NCBI GenBank assembly: GCA_018362935.1
Contig: JAHALQ010000001.1
Coordinates: forward strand, 18,378 to 82,377
Direction of reading: 5' to 3'
From: Pseudomonadota bacterium
Lineage (GTDB): Bacteria; Pseudomonadota; Alphaproteobacteria; RF32; CAG-239
DNA length: 64,000 nt
A program made the translations under genes and the position numbers. A model generated the notes under the pieces. The model worked only from the letters and a program-made list of their open reading frames with translations, ran no database searches and had not been told where the DNA came from. Below, piece after piece: positions 49,817-58,235 of the stretch (the first letter of the stretch is position 1; the number at the start of each line of letters is the position of its first letter).

Positions 49817-50296
49817 ATGGCTTCAAAGAAAAATCTGTTAAACGTGTTTTTGTCCGACTTGGCTGTCATGAACATCAAAATTCACAACCTGCATTGGAAC
49901 GTTGTCGGTTCGGAATTTATCATTGTCCACAAACTGACCGAAAAGCTCTATAAAATGTTTCAGGAACAATTCGACACCGTTGCCGAAGTTATGAAAATGC
50001 AGAATGAGACGCCGCTGGCCACAATGTCGGCCTACCTCGAAAATGCCACTGTCGAAGAAATCGAAAGCCGCGACTACACCACTTATGAAGTTCTGGAAGA
50101 ACTCGACGCCGACTGTCAGGTCATCATGGACTTGGCCAAACAAATCCGTGACGATGCCGATAAGAAAGACAACTTTCTGGTCGCTAACCTGTTTGAAGAA
50201 TATCTGGCAATTTATGCCAAAAAGTCATGGATGATTCGCGCCATGCTTCAGGATGACGCCATTCCTTTGGATGAAGACCCGGAAGAAGAAGAATAA
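49817..50296 (+). CDS. dps: DNA-protecting ferritin-like protein Dps.
   Basis: Ferritin-like ferroxidase residues (HNLHWNV ... D..AE ... acidic tail). Confidence 0.85.
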   Translation: MASKKNLLNVFLSDLAVMNIKIHNLHWNVVGSEFIIVHKLTEKLYKMFQEQFDTVAEVMKMQNETPLATMSAYLENATVEEIESRDYTTYEVLEELDADCQVIMDLAKQIRDDADKKDNFLVANLFEEYLAIYAKKSWMIRAMLQDDAIPLDEDPEEEE

Positions 50297-50313
50297 CAAT
50301 GTGCCGACCTCTG

Positions 50314-50352
50314 AAAAAAACGCTCTCCGTATTGGAGAGCGTTTGTTTTTTT
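50314..50352. terminator. Bidirectional terminator.
   Basis: CGCTCTCC-gtatt-GGAGAGCG plus TTTGTTTTTTT. Confidence 0.55.
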
Positions 50353-50353
50353 A

Positions 50354-51265
50354 TCAGGCTGTTGGCATGCCGCCGGTAATTCCGTAAATTTGCCCGGTCA
50401 CATAACTTGATGCTTCCGAAGCCAGAAAAACATAAACATCCGCCAGCTCAACCGGCTGCCCGGCGCGTTTCATCGGCGCGTCTTTGCCGAAATCCGGCAG
50501 ATTTTCCTTGAGCTGCCCGCCGCAGATTTGCAACGGTGTCCAAATCGGGCCGGGCGCTATCGCGTTGACGCGAATACCCTTGGATGCCACCTGTTTGGCC
50601 AGACCCTGGGTAAAGGCGCGGATAGCCGCTTTGGTTCCGGCATAATCCAGCAGGTATTCCGAAGGCTGATAAGCCTGTATCGACGTCGTGTTGATAATGC
50701 ACGAACCCGGCTTGAGGTGCGGCATGGCCTCGCGCACCAGCCACATCATGCCGAATACGTTGACCTCATAAGTTTTGACAAACTGTTCGGTCGGCAGCTT
50801 TTCAATATCATCCTGCGCAACCTGCTTGCCCGCCACCAGGCACAAAATATCCAAACCATCCAGCTCGTCGACGGCTTTGCGGATTAATGCTTTGCAAAAT
50901 TCTTCGCTGCTGATATCACCGGGAATCAAAACCGCCTTGCGGCCTTCGGCTTCAATCAGTTCCTTGACTTCCTGCGCATCTTCTTCTTCCAAAGGCAGAT
51001 AGTTGATAACAACATCCGCGCCTTCGCGCGCAAAAGCGATTGCCGCGGCACGGCCGATACCGGAATCGCCGCCGGTTACCAAAGCCTTGCGGCCTTCAAG
51101 CCGTCCGCTGCCGACATAACTTTTCTCGCCGCAGTCGGGGATCGGATGCATCTTAGCTTGCACGCCGGGCGCTTCCTGCGGCTGCCAGTCATAACTGCCG
51201 CGATAATATTCTTTCAAGGGATTAACTAACTTATCATTGTCAAAAAACATATTTTTTCTCCTCAC
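50354..51265 (-). CDS. SDR family NAD(P)-dependent oxidoreductase (YghA-like).
   Basis: [10 protein letters not shown] cofactor motif and a YxxxK catalytic region. Confidence 0.8.
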   Translation of the reverse strand: MRRKNMFFDNDKLVNPLKEYYRGSYDWQPQEAPGVQAKMHPIPDCGEKSYVGSGRLEGRKALVTGGDSGIGRAAAIAFAREGADVVINYLPLEEEDAQEVKELIEAEGRKAVLIPGDISSEEFCKALIRKAVDELDGLDILCLVAGKQVAQDDIEKLPTEQFVKTYEVNVFGMMWLVREAMPHLKPGSCIINTTSIQAYQPSEYLLDYAGTKAAIRAFTQGLAKQVASKGIRVNAIAPGPIWTPLQICGGQLKENLPDFGKDAPMKRAGQPVELADVYVFLASEASSYVTGQIYGITGGMPTA

Positions 51266-51337
51266 ATATTGACTTGTTTTATGTAAGAAGACTTAAGGCT
51301 GATTGAAGCTCTTTAATGCTAATTGATAGATGCATAT

Positions 51338-51435
51338 GCCAAAGAACGAACTCGGGTTCGACCCTCTCGGGAAGCCATAAAAAAATCCCCGCCCTTAGGC
51401 TGGGGATTTATCTTTATTGCGTACCCGGACGGGGA
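51338..51435. repeat. Direct repeat A (about 98 bp): palindrome CGAACTCGGGTTCG, a terminator-like hairpin, and a copy of the tRNA-Arg 3' end (TGCGTACCCGGA).
   Basis: About 85% identical to 51755..51853. The track ORF 51323..51553 merely spans it. Confidence 0.5.
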
Positions 51436-51583
51436 TAGAATTAAAAAGCTGACCAACGTCAAGTTTTTTATTCGTATCCCTAACTTTCATTATGACGCGA
51501 GGACAGTGACAGCAACTGAGCGGAATTATGAAAGTTCGGATACCTCCCCGTGAAAACGAGCAAAAAGCGAAGTTTGAACGGAA

Positions 51584-51648
51584 GGGTACGCCATTCGCCT
51601 AAAAAAGTCGCCTATAAAAAGGCGGCTGGTGAATGGCGTACCCGGAGG
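51584..51648. repeat. Inverted repeat GGGTACGCCATTC ... GAATGGCGTACCC. It contains a third exact copy (15 nt) of the tRNA-Arg 3' end, TGGCGTACCCGGAGG.
   Basis: Read directly. Lies midway between repeats A and B. Confidence 0.45.
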
Positions 51649-51754
51649 AAGCGCTAAGTGAAAAACAACCGTTGCTCCGGTTGTTTTTGTCTGCAAGCTC
51701 TTTGGAACATCTTAATGAGTAAGGAAAGCGAGAGCGACCGTAACGAATTTAGAT

Positions 51755-51853
51755 GCCTAAGAACGAACCCGGGTTCGACTCTTTCGGGAAGCTATAAAAA
51801 TAAATCCCCGCCTTTACGGCTGGGGATCTATTTTTATGGCGTACCCGGAGGGA
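51755..51853. repeat. Direct repeat B (about 98 bp). It includes the genuine 3' end of tRNA-Arg and its downstream terminator hairpin.
   Basis: Aligns with repeat A (palindrome CGAACCCGGGTTCG, hairpin ATCCCCGCC...GGCTGGGGAT). Confidence 0.5.
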
Positions 51854-51913
51854 TTCGAACCCACGACCCTCAGCGTCGGAGGCTGATACTCTATCCAACT
51901 GAGCTACGGGTAC
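51837..51913 (-). tRNA. tRNA-Arg(CCG): tRNA-Arg, anticodon CCG.
   Basis: Minus-strand sequence GTACCCGTAGCTCAGTTGGATAGAGTATCAGCCTCCGACGCTGAGGGTCGTGGGTTCGAATCCCTCCGGGTACGCCA. Perfect 7-bp acceptor stem, anticodon loop CTCCGAC, T-loop TTCGAAT, encoded CCA. There is one U-U mismatch in the T-stem. Confidence 0.8.
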
Positions 51914-52021
51914 ATCTCGTTTTCCTGTCTTTCATATAACAAAAAACCGCAAAAGACAATATCTAATTGGAAAAAATACCGAGAATAAGATATTATCCGC
52001 CCGCCGAATGCGTTTTTTCCC

Positions 52022-52050
52022 TTGACTATTCTGAATTTTATATGTATTAA
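52022..52050 (+). promoter_or_regulatory. Putative rpmB promoter: TTGACT, 17 nt, TATTAA.
   Basis: Seen 35-60 nt upstream of the rpmB ATG. Confidence 0.3.
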
Positions 52051-52083
52051 GAGGCAACTGGTTTTTTATAAGGATACAAAACA

Positions 52084-52371
52084 ATGGCTAAAAAATGTGA
52101 TATTTCCGGCACCGGCGTTCAGAGCGGTAACAATGTCAGCCACGCTAACAACAGAACCCGCCGTCGCTTCCTGCCGAACCTCCAGATTGTTTCTCTGCTG
52201 AGCGACACTCTGGGCAAAATGTTCAAACTGAAAGTTTGTTCCAAAACTCTGCGTTCAATTGAACACAACGGCGGTCTGGATGCTTATCTTGAATCGACAT
52301 CCAACAGCAAGCTGACTGAAGAGGCTAAAAAAATTAAAAAGACGATTGCCAAGAAGAAAGCTGCCAAATAA
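52084..52371 (+). CDS. rpmB: 50S ribosomal protein L28.
   Basis: MAKKCDISGTGVQSGNNVSHANNRTRRRFLPNLQ, the canonical L28 N-terminus. Confidence 0.9.
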   Translation: MAKKCDISGTGVQSGNNVSHANNRTRRRFLPNLQIVSLLSDTLGKMFKLKVCSKTLRSIEHNGGLDAYLESTSNSKLTEEAKKIKKTIAKKKAAK

Positions 52372-52392
52372 TTAACCGTCATATTTTTTGCA

Positions 52393-52425
52393 AACCCCGC
52401 GTTTTTCTAATGCGGGGTTTTATTT
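52393..52425 (+). terminator. Rho-independent terminator.
   Basis: AACCCCGC-loop-GCGGGGTT plus TTATTT. Confidence 0.6.
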
Positions 52426-52549
52426 ATCCCCGTTATCCCCACTATCCACAGGCTTGAAAAAGGATAATCCGACATTCTGTTTGAGTTTTGTTTTTTATTG
52501 GTTATAAAAGACTAAACGCAACTTCAAGATTCTTTAGGATACCTATGCT

Positions 52550-54025
52550 ATGGACGCTCCCGAAACCGAAAACATTCCGCAAAATATCGAAGCCGAACAG
52601 GCTTTGCTTGGCGCAGTTCTTGCCAACAACAAGGCTTTTGAAAAAATTTCCGAATTTTTAAAGCCCCAGCATTTTGCGGACTCGGTTCACGCCAAAATTT
52701 TTGATACGATTTCCAAGCTGATAACCCGCGGCCATCTGGCAGATGTCATCACGCTCAAAAACTACCTCGAGCAGGACGGCGCGCTGGATGAAGTCGGCGG
52801 CGCCAAATATCTCGTCAAACTGGCTGACAGCGCCACGCCGCTGACCAATGCCGAATATTATGCGCAGTTCATTTATGACAAATATCTGCGCCGCGAGCTG
52901 ATAGCGACCGGCTTTGACATTGTCGCCAACGCACGCAAAGAAGAAATCGAATCCGATGCTTCCGAACAAATCGAAGCCGCCGAAAAACGCCTGTTTGAAC
53001 TGGCTAACGAAAATGAAACCAGCGGCGGTTTTCAAAGCTTTGCCGACGCACTGGTATCTTCTCTCGGGCACATTGAACAGGCTTATCAGAAAGACGGCAA
53101 AATCTCCGGCCTGCCGACGGGACTCGACGCGCTCGACAACAAAACCGGCGGTCTTAACAATTCTGACCTGATTATCATCGCCGGACGTCCGGCCATGGGC
53201 AAAACCGCCCTGGCAACCAATATCGCCTACAACGTCGCCGAATACATGACGCACGCCAAAGATGTCGACGAAAAATCGCGCGGCGTGGCTTTCTTCTCGC
53301 TGGAAATGTCGGCTGACCAGCTGGCAACGCGTATCCTCTCCACCGTAACCCAGACCAACGGCCATAAAATGCGCACCGGCGAACTGGATAATGCTGAGTT
53401 TACCCGCATTGCCGCCGCCGTCCGCGAGCTGGAATCCATTCCGCTTTATATTGACGATACCCCCGGCCTTAACATCAACACCATCCGCACCCGAGCCCGC
53501 CGCCTGAAAAGAAACAAGGGACTCGGCGCAATCGTCATCGACTACATCCAATTAATTAACGGCACCGGCTCCAAACGTTCCGAAGGCAACCGCGTGCAGG
53601 AACTCTCGGAAATATCCCGCGGCTTGAAAATTCTCGCCAAGGAATTAAATCTTCCGGTAATCGCTTTGTCGCAGCTTAACCGCGGTGTCGAGCAGCGCGA
53701 CGACAAACGCCCGCTGATGTCAGACCTGCGTGAATCCGGCTCTATCGAACAAGATGCCGATATTGTCATGTTCGTCTACCGCGAAAACTATTATCTTCAG
53801 AACGAAGAGCCCAAGCAAAAACCTTCCGAAACACCGGAACACCTCGAAAAACGTATGGAAGAATGGGAAGCTCGCAAACGCGCCACCCAAAATGTCGCCG
53901 AAGTCATCATCGGTAAACAGCGCCACGGCCCGACCGGCACCGTCCAGTTGTTCTGGAACGGCGACTACGCCCAGTTCGGCAACCTCGCCAAAGAAGAATA
54001 TTTACCCGAACGCATTGGAGATTAA
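52550..54025 (+). CDS. dnaB: Replicative DNA helicase DnaB.
   Basis: N-terminal IEAEQALLGAVL, Walker A GRPAMGKTA, and RecA-like C-domain motifs. Confidence 0.9.
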   Translation: MDAPETENIPQNIEAEQALLGAVLANNKAFEKISEFLKPQHFADSVHAKIFDTISKLITRGHLADVITLKNYLEQDGALDEVGGAKYLVKLADSATPLTNAEYYAQFIYDKYLRRELIATGFDIVANARKEEIESDASEQIEAAEKRLFELANENETSGGFQSFADALVSSLGHIEQAYQKDGKISGLPTGLDALDNKTGGLNNSDLIIIAGRPAMGKTALATNIAYNVAEYMTHAKDVDEKSRGVAFFSLEMSADQLATRILSTVTQTNGHKMRTGELDNAEFTRIAAAVRELESIPLYIDDTPGLNINTIRTRARRLKRNKGLGAIVIDYIQLINGTGSKRSEGNRVQELSEISRGLKILAKELNLPVIALSQLNRGVEQRDDKRPLMSDLRESGSIEQDADIVMFVYRENYYLQNEEPKQKPSETPEHLEKRMEEWEARKRATQNVAEVIIGKQRHGPTGTVQLFWNGDYAQFGNLAKEEYLPERIGD

Positions 54026-54030
54026 ATCAT

Positions 54031-54246
54031 ATGCCCAACAATTTTTTAAACACGCTGTCCTACATTGTCGCCATGTCCTTGGGTCTGGCTTTTGTCGTCA
54101 CGGCGGCAATCTTCGGTTTCACGCTTTTTGCGGTAATTTTTACTTATGTTTTTATTCCGCTGTTCATCATTGCCGTACTGCGTTGGCTGTGGCTGAAATA
54201 CCAATTTTCCAAAAGGGGACGGATTACTTATAATGACGACAAATAA
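54031..54246 (+). CDS. Small 2-TM membrane protein coupled to dnaB.
   Basis: 71 aa. GGAGA Shine-Dalgarno sits inside the dnaB stop region. Two hydrophobic helices. Confidence 0.45.
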   Translation: MPNNFLNTLSYIVAMSLGLAFVVTAAIFGFTLFAVIFTYVFIPLFIIAVLRWLWLKYQFSKRGRITYNDDK

Positions 54247-54510
54247 CTATTTTTCTTTGTTGTCTTCGTCAGCTGGAAGCCCGTATCCGTCCTGAAAAAA
54301 CACGCCGTATTTTTTCACCAGATAATCCTGACACTTGCACGTATTAAAGGAAAGGTCTTCTTTCCGTTTTTCATCGCAAGCCTCGGGGTCTTTCTCTCCG
54401 ACAATCTCGCGGCGCATCGTTTCCAGTTCGACGCGCTTGGCTTCGCAGCACGGGCATCCGGAAGACGCCACCGGCGTATCAAGCAACAATTTTGCAAGCC
54501 ATTGAAACAT
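54247..54510 (-). CDS. Small cysteine-containing hypothetical protein.
   Basis: 87 aa. CPCC ... C...C...CKC pattern suggests a metal-binding mini-domain. Confidence 0.35.
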   Translation of the reverse strand: MFQWLAKLLLDTPVASSGCPCCEAKRVELETMRREIVGEKDPEACDEKRKEDLSFNTCKCQDYLVKKYGVFFQDGYGLPADEDNKEK

Positions 54511-54577
54511 CTTTATTTCTCCTTAACCAATAAATTATATAATATTTCCTGTTCTGATACAAACGGATAATGCAAAC

Positions 54578-55018
54578 ATGACTGAAAAACCTTTTTGGAA
54601 AACCAAAACCCCTGATCAATATTCTACCGAAGAATGGGAATCCGTCTGCACACATTGCGGCAGATGTTGCCTGATAAAATTGGAAGACGAAGACAACGGC
54701 GATATTTTTTACACCGACGTTATCTGCCGTTATCACGACTGCCAAAGTCATCTGTGCAAAGAATATGCCGACCGCTGCGCTTTGGTTCCGGCCTGCCTGA
54801 AACTGACGCCGCAAAACATCGGCAATCTTCCTTGGATACCCGAAACCTGCGCTTATTACATTCTTTCCCGCACCGGCGAACTCCCGGCTTGGCACCCGCT
54901 TGTCAGCGGACAGCCCCTGCCTGAAGAATTTAAGGTTCCCGCAACGGCCGTCAGCGAGCTTTTGGTTCCCGAAGACGAGCTGGAAGACCATATTATCGAG
55001 GACGAAGACGATGACTGA
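54578..55018 (+). CDS. YcgN/UPF0260-family putative metal-chelating protein (paralog 1).
   Basis: CTHCGRCCLIKL then CRYHDCQSHLC, the CxxCGxCC family signature. Acidic tail. Confidence 0.6.
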   Translation: MTEKPFWKTKTPDQYSTEEWESVCTHCGRCCLIKLEDEDNGDIFYTDVICRYHDCQSHLCKEYADRCALVPACLKLTPQNIGNLPWIPETCAYYILSRTGELPAWHPLVSGQPLPEEFKVPATAVSELLVPEDELEDHIIEDEDDD

Positions 55019-55511
55019 CGACTGGGCTGACGAGCCTTTTGACCCTCAAACGCGGTTTGACAATCTCGACGGTATCGAACCGGAATTCTGGAAAAAGAAA
55101 AAACTTGAAGACATGTCAAAAGCCGAATGGGAACTTCTCTGCGACGGCTGCGGCAAATGCTGCCTCAACAAACTGGACATTCGCGGCAAAATTAAGTTTA
55201 CCAACACCCATTGCCGTTTTTTGGATTGTCAGAGCTGCCTTTGCAAAATTTATGAACACCGTTTTGAAAAAGTTTATGACTGCCGCGACATCAACCTCGA
55301 GGCCGTGCGCGAACAGCCGCGCTGGCTGCCCAAAACCTGCGCTTACTGGTTGCTTGACAACGGATATGAGCTGCCGGAATGGCACCCGCTGATAACCGGA
55401 CGCGCCGCTTCCGTGCATGAAGCGGGCGTATCGCTCAAAAACCGTCAACTTGTTAATGAATCCGGAGTATCTGATTTTGAAGATTACATTGTTGAGTGGG
55501 AAGACCTTTAA
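55011..55511 (+). CDS. YcgN/UPF0260-family protein (paralog 2), translationally coupled to paralog 1.
   Basis: CDGCGKCCLNKL then CRFLDCQSCLC. Start MTDDWADEPF overlaps the paralog-1 stop by 8 nt. The track ORF is artificially extended 5'. Confidence 0.6.
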   Translation: MTDDWADEPFDPQTRFDNLDGIEPEFWKKKKLEDMSKAEWELLCDGCGKCCLNKLDIRGKIKFTNTHCRFLDCQSCLCKIYEHRFEKVYDCRDINLEAVREQPRWLPKTCAYWLLDNGYELPEWHPLITGRAASVHEAGVSLKNRQLVNESGVSDFEDYIVEWEDL

Positions 55512-55524
55512 TTACAGCGAAGCT

Positions 55525-56184
55525 TTGGGCTTTGAGATTAAAGTGGTCAAATCTAACACCGCCAGACGCCTGAATCTGCGTATTGACGAGCGATACCGCC
55601 TGCCGGTTTTGACGATTCCGCGTTTTTGTTCCAGCCGCAAAGCTTTGGCTTTTGCCGAGCAGCACCGCGATTGGATTCAAAACATGCTTGCCCGCCTGCC
55701 ACAAAGTCAGACTTTTGCCGACGGTACCGAAATCTCCGTTGCCGGACAACTTTTTATCGTCGCGCACAACCCGGCTCAGCGCGGCGCCAAAATTCAGGAC
55801 GGCAGGCTGACAATCGGAGGTGATTTGGAGTTTCTCCACCGCCGCGTCTGTGATTTTCTCAAAAAATATGCCGGAGAACACCTCTATCAACGCTCAATCA
55901 ATACAGCCGCAAAAATCGGCTGCACGGTACGCCGCGTAACAATTAAGGAAACCAAATCGCGCTGGGGAAGCTGCTCGACTAAAAACAACATCAACTACAA
56001 TTGGCGGATTATTCTGGCGCCAGAATACGTTATTGACTATCTGGTCTGCCACGAAGTATCGCACCTGAAACACCCCGACCATTCCGCCGCTTTCTGGCAG
56101 TGCGTCGGAAAACTCTGCCCCAACTGGAAAGAAGGCCGCCAGTGGCTGAAAATCAAAGGCAAAGACTTGTACCGTTGGCTGTAA
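55525..56184 (+). CDS. YgjP-like (DUF45/M48-like) metal-dependent hydrolase.
   Basis: HEVSHLKHPDHSAAFW, the HExxH zincin motif. Probable TTG start at 55525, after the upstream stop. The track start at 55417 overlaps paralog 2. Confidence 0.6.
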   Translation: MGFEIKVVKSNTARRLNLRIDERYRLPVLTIPRFCSSRKALAFAEQHRDWIQNMLARLPQSQTFADGTEISVAGQLFIVAHNPAQRGAKIQDGRLTIGGDLEFLHRRVCDFLKKYAGEHLYQRSINTAAKIGCTVRRVTIKETKSRWGSCSTKNNINYNWRIILAPEYVIDYLVCHEVSHLKHPDHSAAFWQCVGKLCPNWKEGRQWLKIKGKDLYRWL

Positions 56185-56277
56185 TCTGTTTCTCACAGCA
56201 ACAAATCACGAATTACAATTGATTTTTAACTTTTCCCACCCTATATTAATATCAGTGTAACAATATAGGAACATAAA

Positions 56278-57006
56278 ATGGAAAACAAAACTTTCTCCAA
56301 ATCCGAAGAATTGTCTAATGTTGACGCCGGCCTGCGCCAATATATGATTAAAGTATACAACTTTATGGCCGCCGGCCTGTGCCTTACCGCGCTGACCGCA
56401 TATATTATCGCCAACACTTCGCTGCTCGGCCTGTTTTTCAACATTAACCCCGCCGGGCAGGTTACCGGCATGTCCGGTTTCGGCTGGCTGATGTTTATCG
56501 CCCCGCTGGTTATGGTTTTTGCTTTCGGCTGGGTTGTCAACCGCGGCACCGCCGCTCAGGTTCAGGCTCTGTTTTGGGGCTATGCCGCCGTTATGGGCGC
56601 TTCGCTCACTCCGATATTCTTGGCTTACACCGGTGCCAGCGTTGCCCGCGTTTTCCTGATTACGGCTGGAATGTTCGGCGGTATGAGCATATACGGTTAT
56701 ACCACCAAACGCGACTTGTCGGCCATGGGCTCCTTCCTGTTCATGGGCTTAATCGGCATCATCATTGCCACCATTGTAAACTTTTTCCTGAAAAGCCCGG
56801 GGCTGTATTATGCCATTTCTTTCATCGCCATTCTGGTCTTTACCGGCCTGACGGCGTTTGACACCCAGCGTATCCGCCAGATTTATTCCGAATATGACAA
56901 TTCGGAAATCATGACCAAAAAGGCGGTTGCCGGCGCTTTGTCGCTTTATCTGGACTTCATCAACATGTTCATTTACCTGTTGCAGTTTTTCGGCGACCGC
57001 CGCTAA
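56278..57006 (+). CDS. Bax-inhibitor-1/YccA family membrane protein.
   Basis: Seven TM helices with the family-typical charged C-terminus. Confidence 0.8.
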   Translation: MENKTFSKSEELSNVDAGLRQYMIKVYNFMAAGLCLTALTAYIIANTSLLGLFFNINPAGQVTGMSGFGWLMFIAPLVMVFAFGWVVNRGTAAQVQALFWGYAAVMGASLTPIFLAYTGASVARVFLITAGMFGGMSIYGYTTKRDLSAMGSFLFMGLIGIIIATIVNFFLKSPGLYYAISFIAILVFTGLTAFDTQRIRQIYSEYDNSEIMTKKAVAGALSLYLDFINMFIYLLQFFGDRR

Positions 57007-57012
57007 CCAAAC

Positions 57013-57046
57013 AAAACCCGGGAAACATTCCCGGGTTTTTTATTTT
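57013..57046. terminator. Bidirectional terminator.
   Basis: AACCCGGGAA-aca-TTCCCGGGTT plus TTTTTTATTTT. Confidence 0.55.
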
Positions 57047-58104
57047 CCGAACAATTCGATTGAACTGCCTTCCCGCTCCTGCGCGGCCTTAAGCGCGGCA
57101 ATCGCCTGCTCGACCAGCTTTTTGGCAGACCTTGCCGGATTCGGAAAGACGCTGACCCCGATGTTGACATGCAGTTCATGCGTCGTAAAATTGTCGCTGA
57201 CACCTTCTTTGAACAGGCTGCGCAGCTTTTTAAGTTCCAAATCCAGCTCATAGCCGTTAGCCAAATCGGGCATAAGAATCCACAGCGGATATTTCAAGCC
57301 GCGCGCAACTGTATAATTCTTTTTCAGGCTTAACACCAATGTATTTGCCAGCTTTTTATAAACAAAATTTTCCAGATGCATTTTGCGGAAAGATTCCATG
57401 TTTTCAATGCTGACGGCCATCACCGCAATCAAATCCTTGGGCAGCCGCGCGTCTTTGTAATTTTCGTTATTGACGGCCATCTGCACGCGGTCTTCAAACA
57501 AAAAGAAATTCGGCAGCCCGGTTAAATCGTCATATAAATTATTGAAAAACGGTTTGTTTGCTTTAGAAACATGCCCGCCGACCAAAATAAACGAAAAATG
57601 TGTTGAATCCGGCAGGTAAATTGCCTGAAATTCAATTGGCACAACCTTTCCCGCTGCCGTTTTCAGACGAATGCGCTGTTTCTTGAAAGACGTCAGCATT
57701 TCGCCGATATTGGTCGTCAGCACATTCCAGTCCTCACGATCAACAAAAGACAGAAACGGCTCGCCAATCATAGCCTTTGAGTTTTTAATGTCCAAAGTCT
57801 GCATAATCGCCTGATTGCAATAAACAATCCGGTCATCGCTGACCAAAACCATCGGCCTTTCCGAATCATTCAAAAGCGGATTGAGCAAATCCCCGAGCTT
57901 GACGTCAAGATTATGCCAGAACGGCTTGTCATTTTTTTCAAAACTGACGTTTTCTTCCCGGACAAGCGAAATGCCCTGCGGATTCTCAAGCATATCCAGG
58001 TCAATCCCGTATTTGGGCGCCTGCGCCAGCAGACCCGCCGCATCATCCACTTGGACAGGCGCTGCGTCTGCAATTTTTTCTAAATCTGCTTCCTGGTCAA
58101 ACAC
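57040..58104 (-). CDS. GGDEF-domain protein with a degenerate active site and an N-terminal sensory (PAS-like) region.
   Basis: DDLTGLPNFFLFEDRV starts a GGDEF domain, but the GG(D/E)EF position reads VARGLKYPLW. Likely non-catalytic. Confidence 0.5.
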   Translation of the reverse strand: MFDQEADLEKIADAAPVQVDDAAGLLAQAPKYGIDLDMLENPQGISLVREENVSFEKNDKPFWHNLDVKLGDLLNPLLNDSERPMVLVSDDRIVYCNQAIMQTLDIKNSKAMIGEPFLSFVDREDWNVLTTNIGEMLTSFKKQRIRLKTAAGKVVPIEFQAIYLPDSTHFSFILVGGHVSKANKPFFNNLYDDLTGLPNFFLFEDRVQMAVNNENYKDARLPKDLIAVMAVSIENMESFRKMHLENFVYKKLANTLVLSLKKNYTVARGLKYPLWILMPDLANGYELDLELKKLRSLFKEGVSDNFTTHELHVNIGVSVFPNPARSAKKLVEQAIAALKAAQEREGSSIELFGK

Positions 58105-58235
58105 TGGTTTATCTCTGTTGTCTTACTTCGATTTTATTATATTACCAAAAACCGTCAATGCCAAAATCTTTGTATTTTATTAACAAAATCTGTTTATAAT
58201 ACCTTGTATCTATGTAAAAAGAGAAAGAATTCAAG

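Noticed and set aside
51323-51553. 76-aa ORF with TTG start
   Set aside because: It spans repeat A and a tRNA-3'-end fragment. There is no ribosome-binding site, and the composition is that of an intergenic repeat, not coding sequence.
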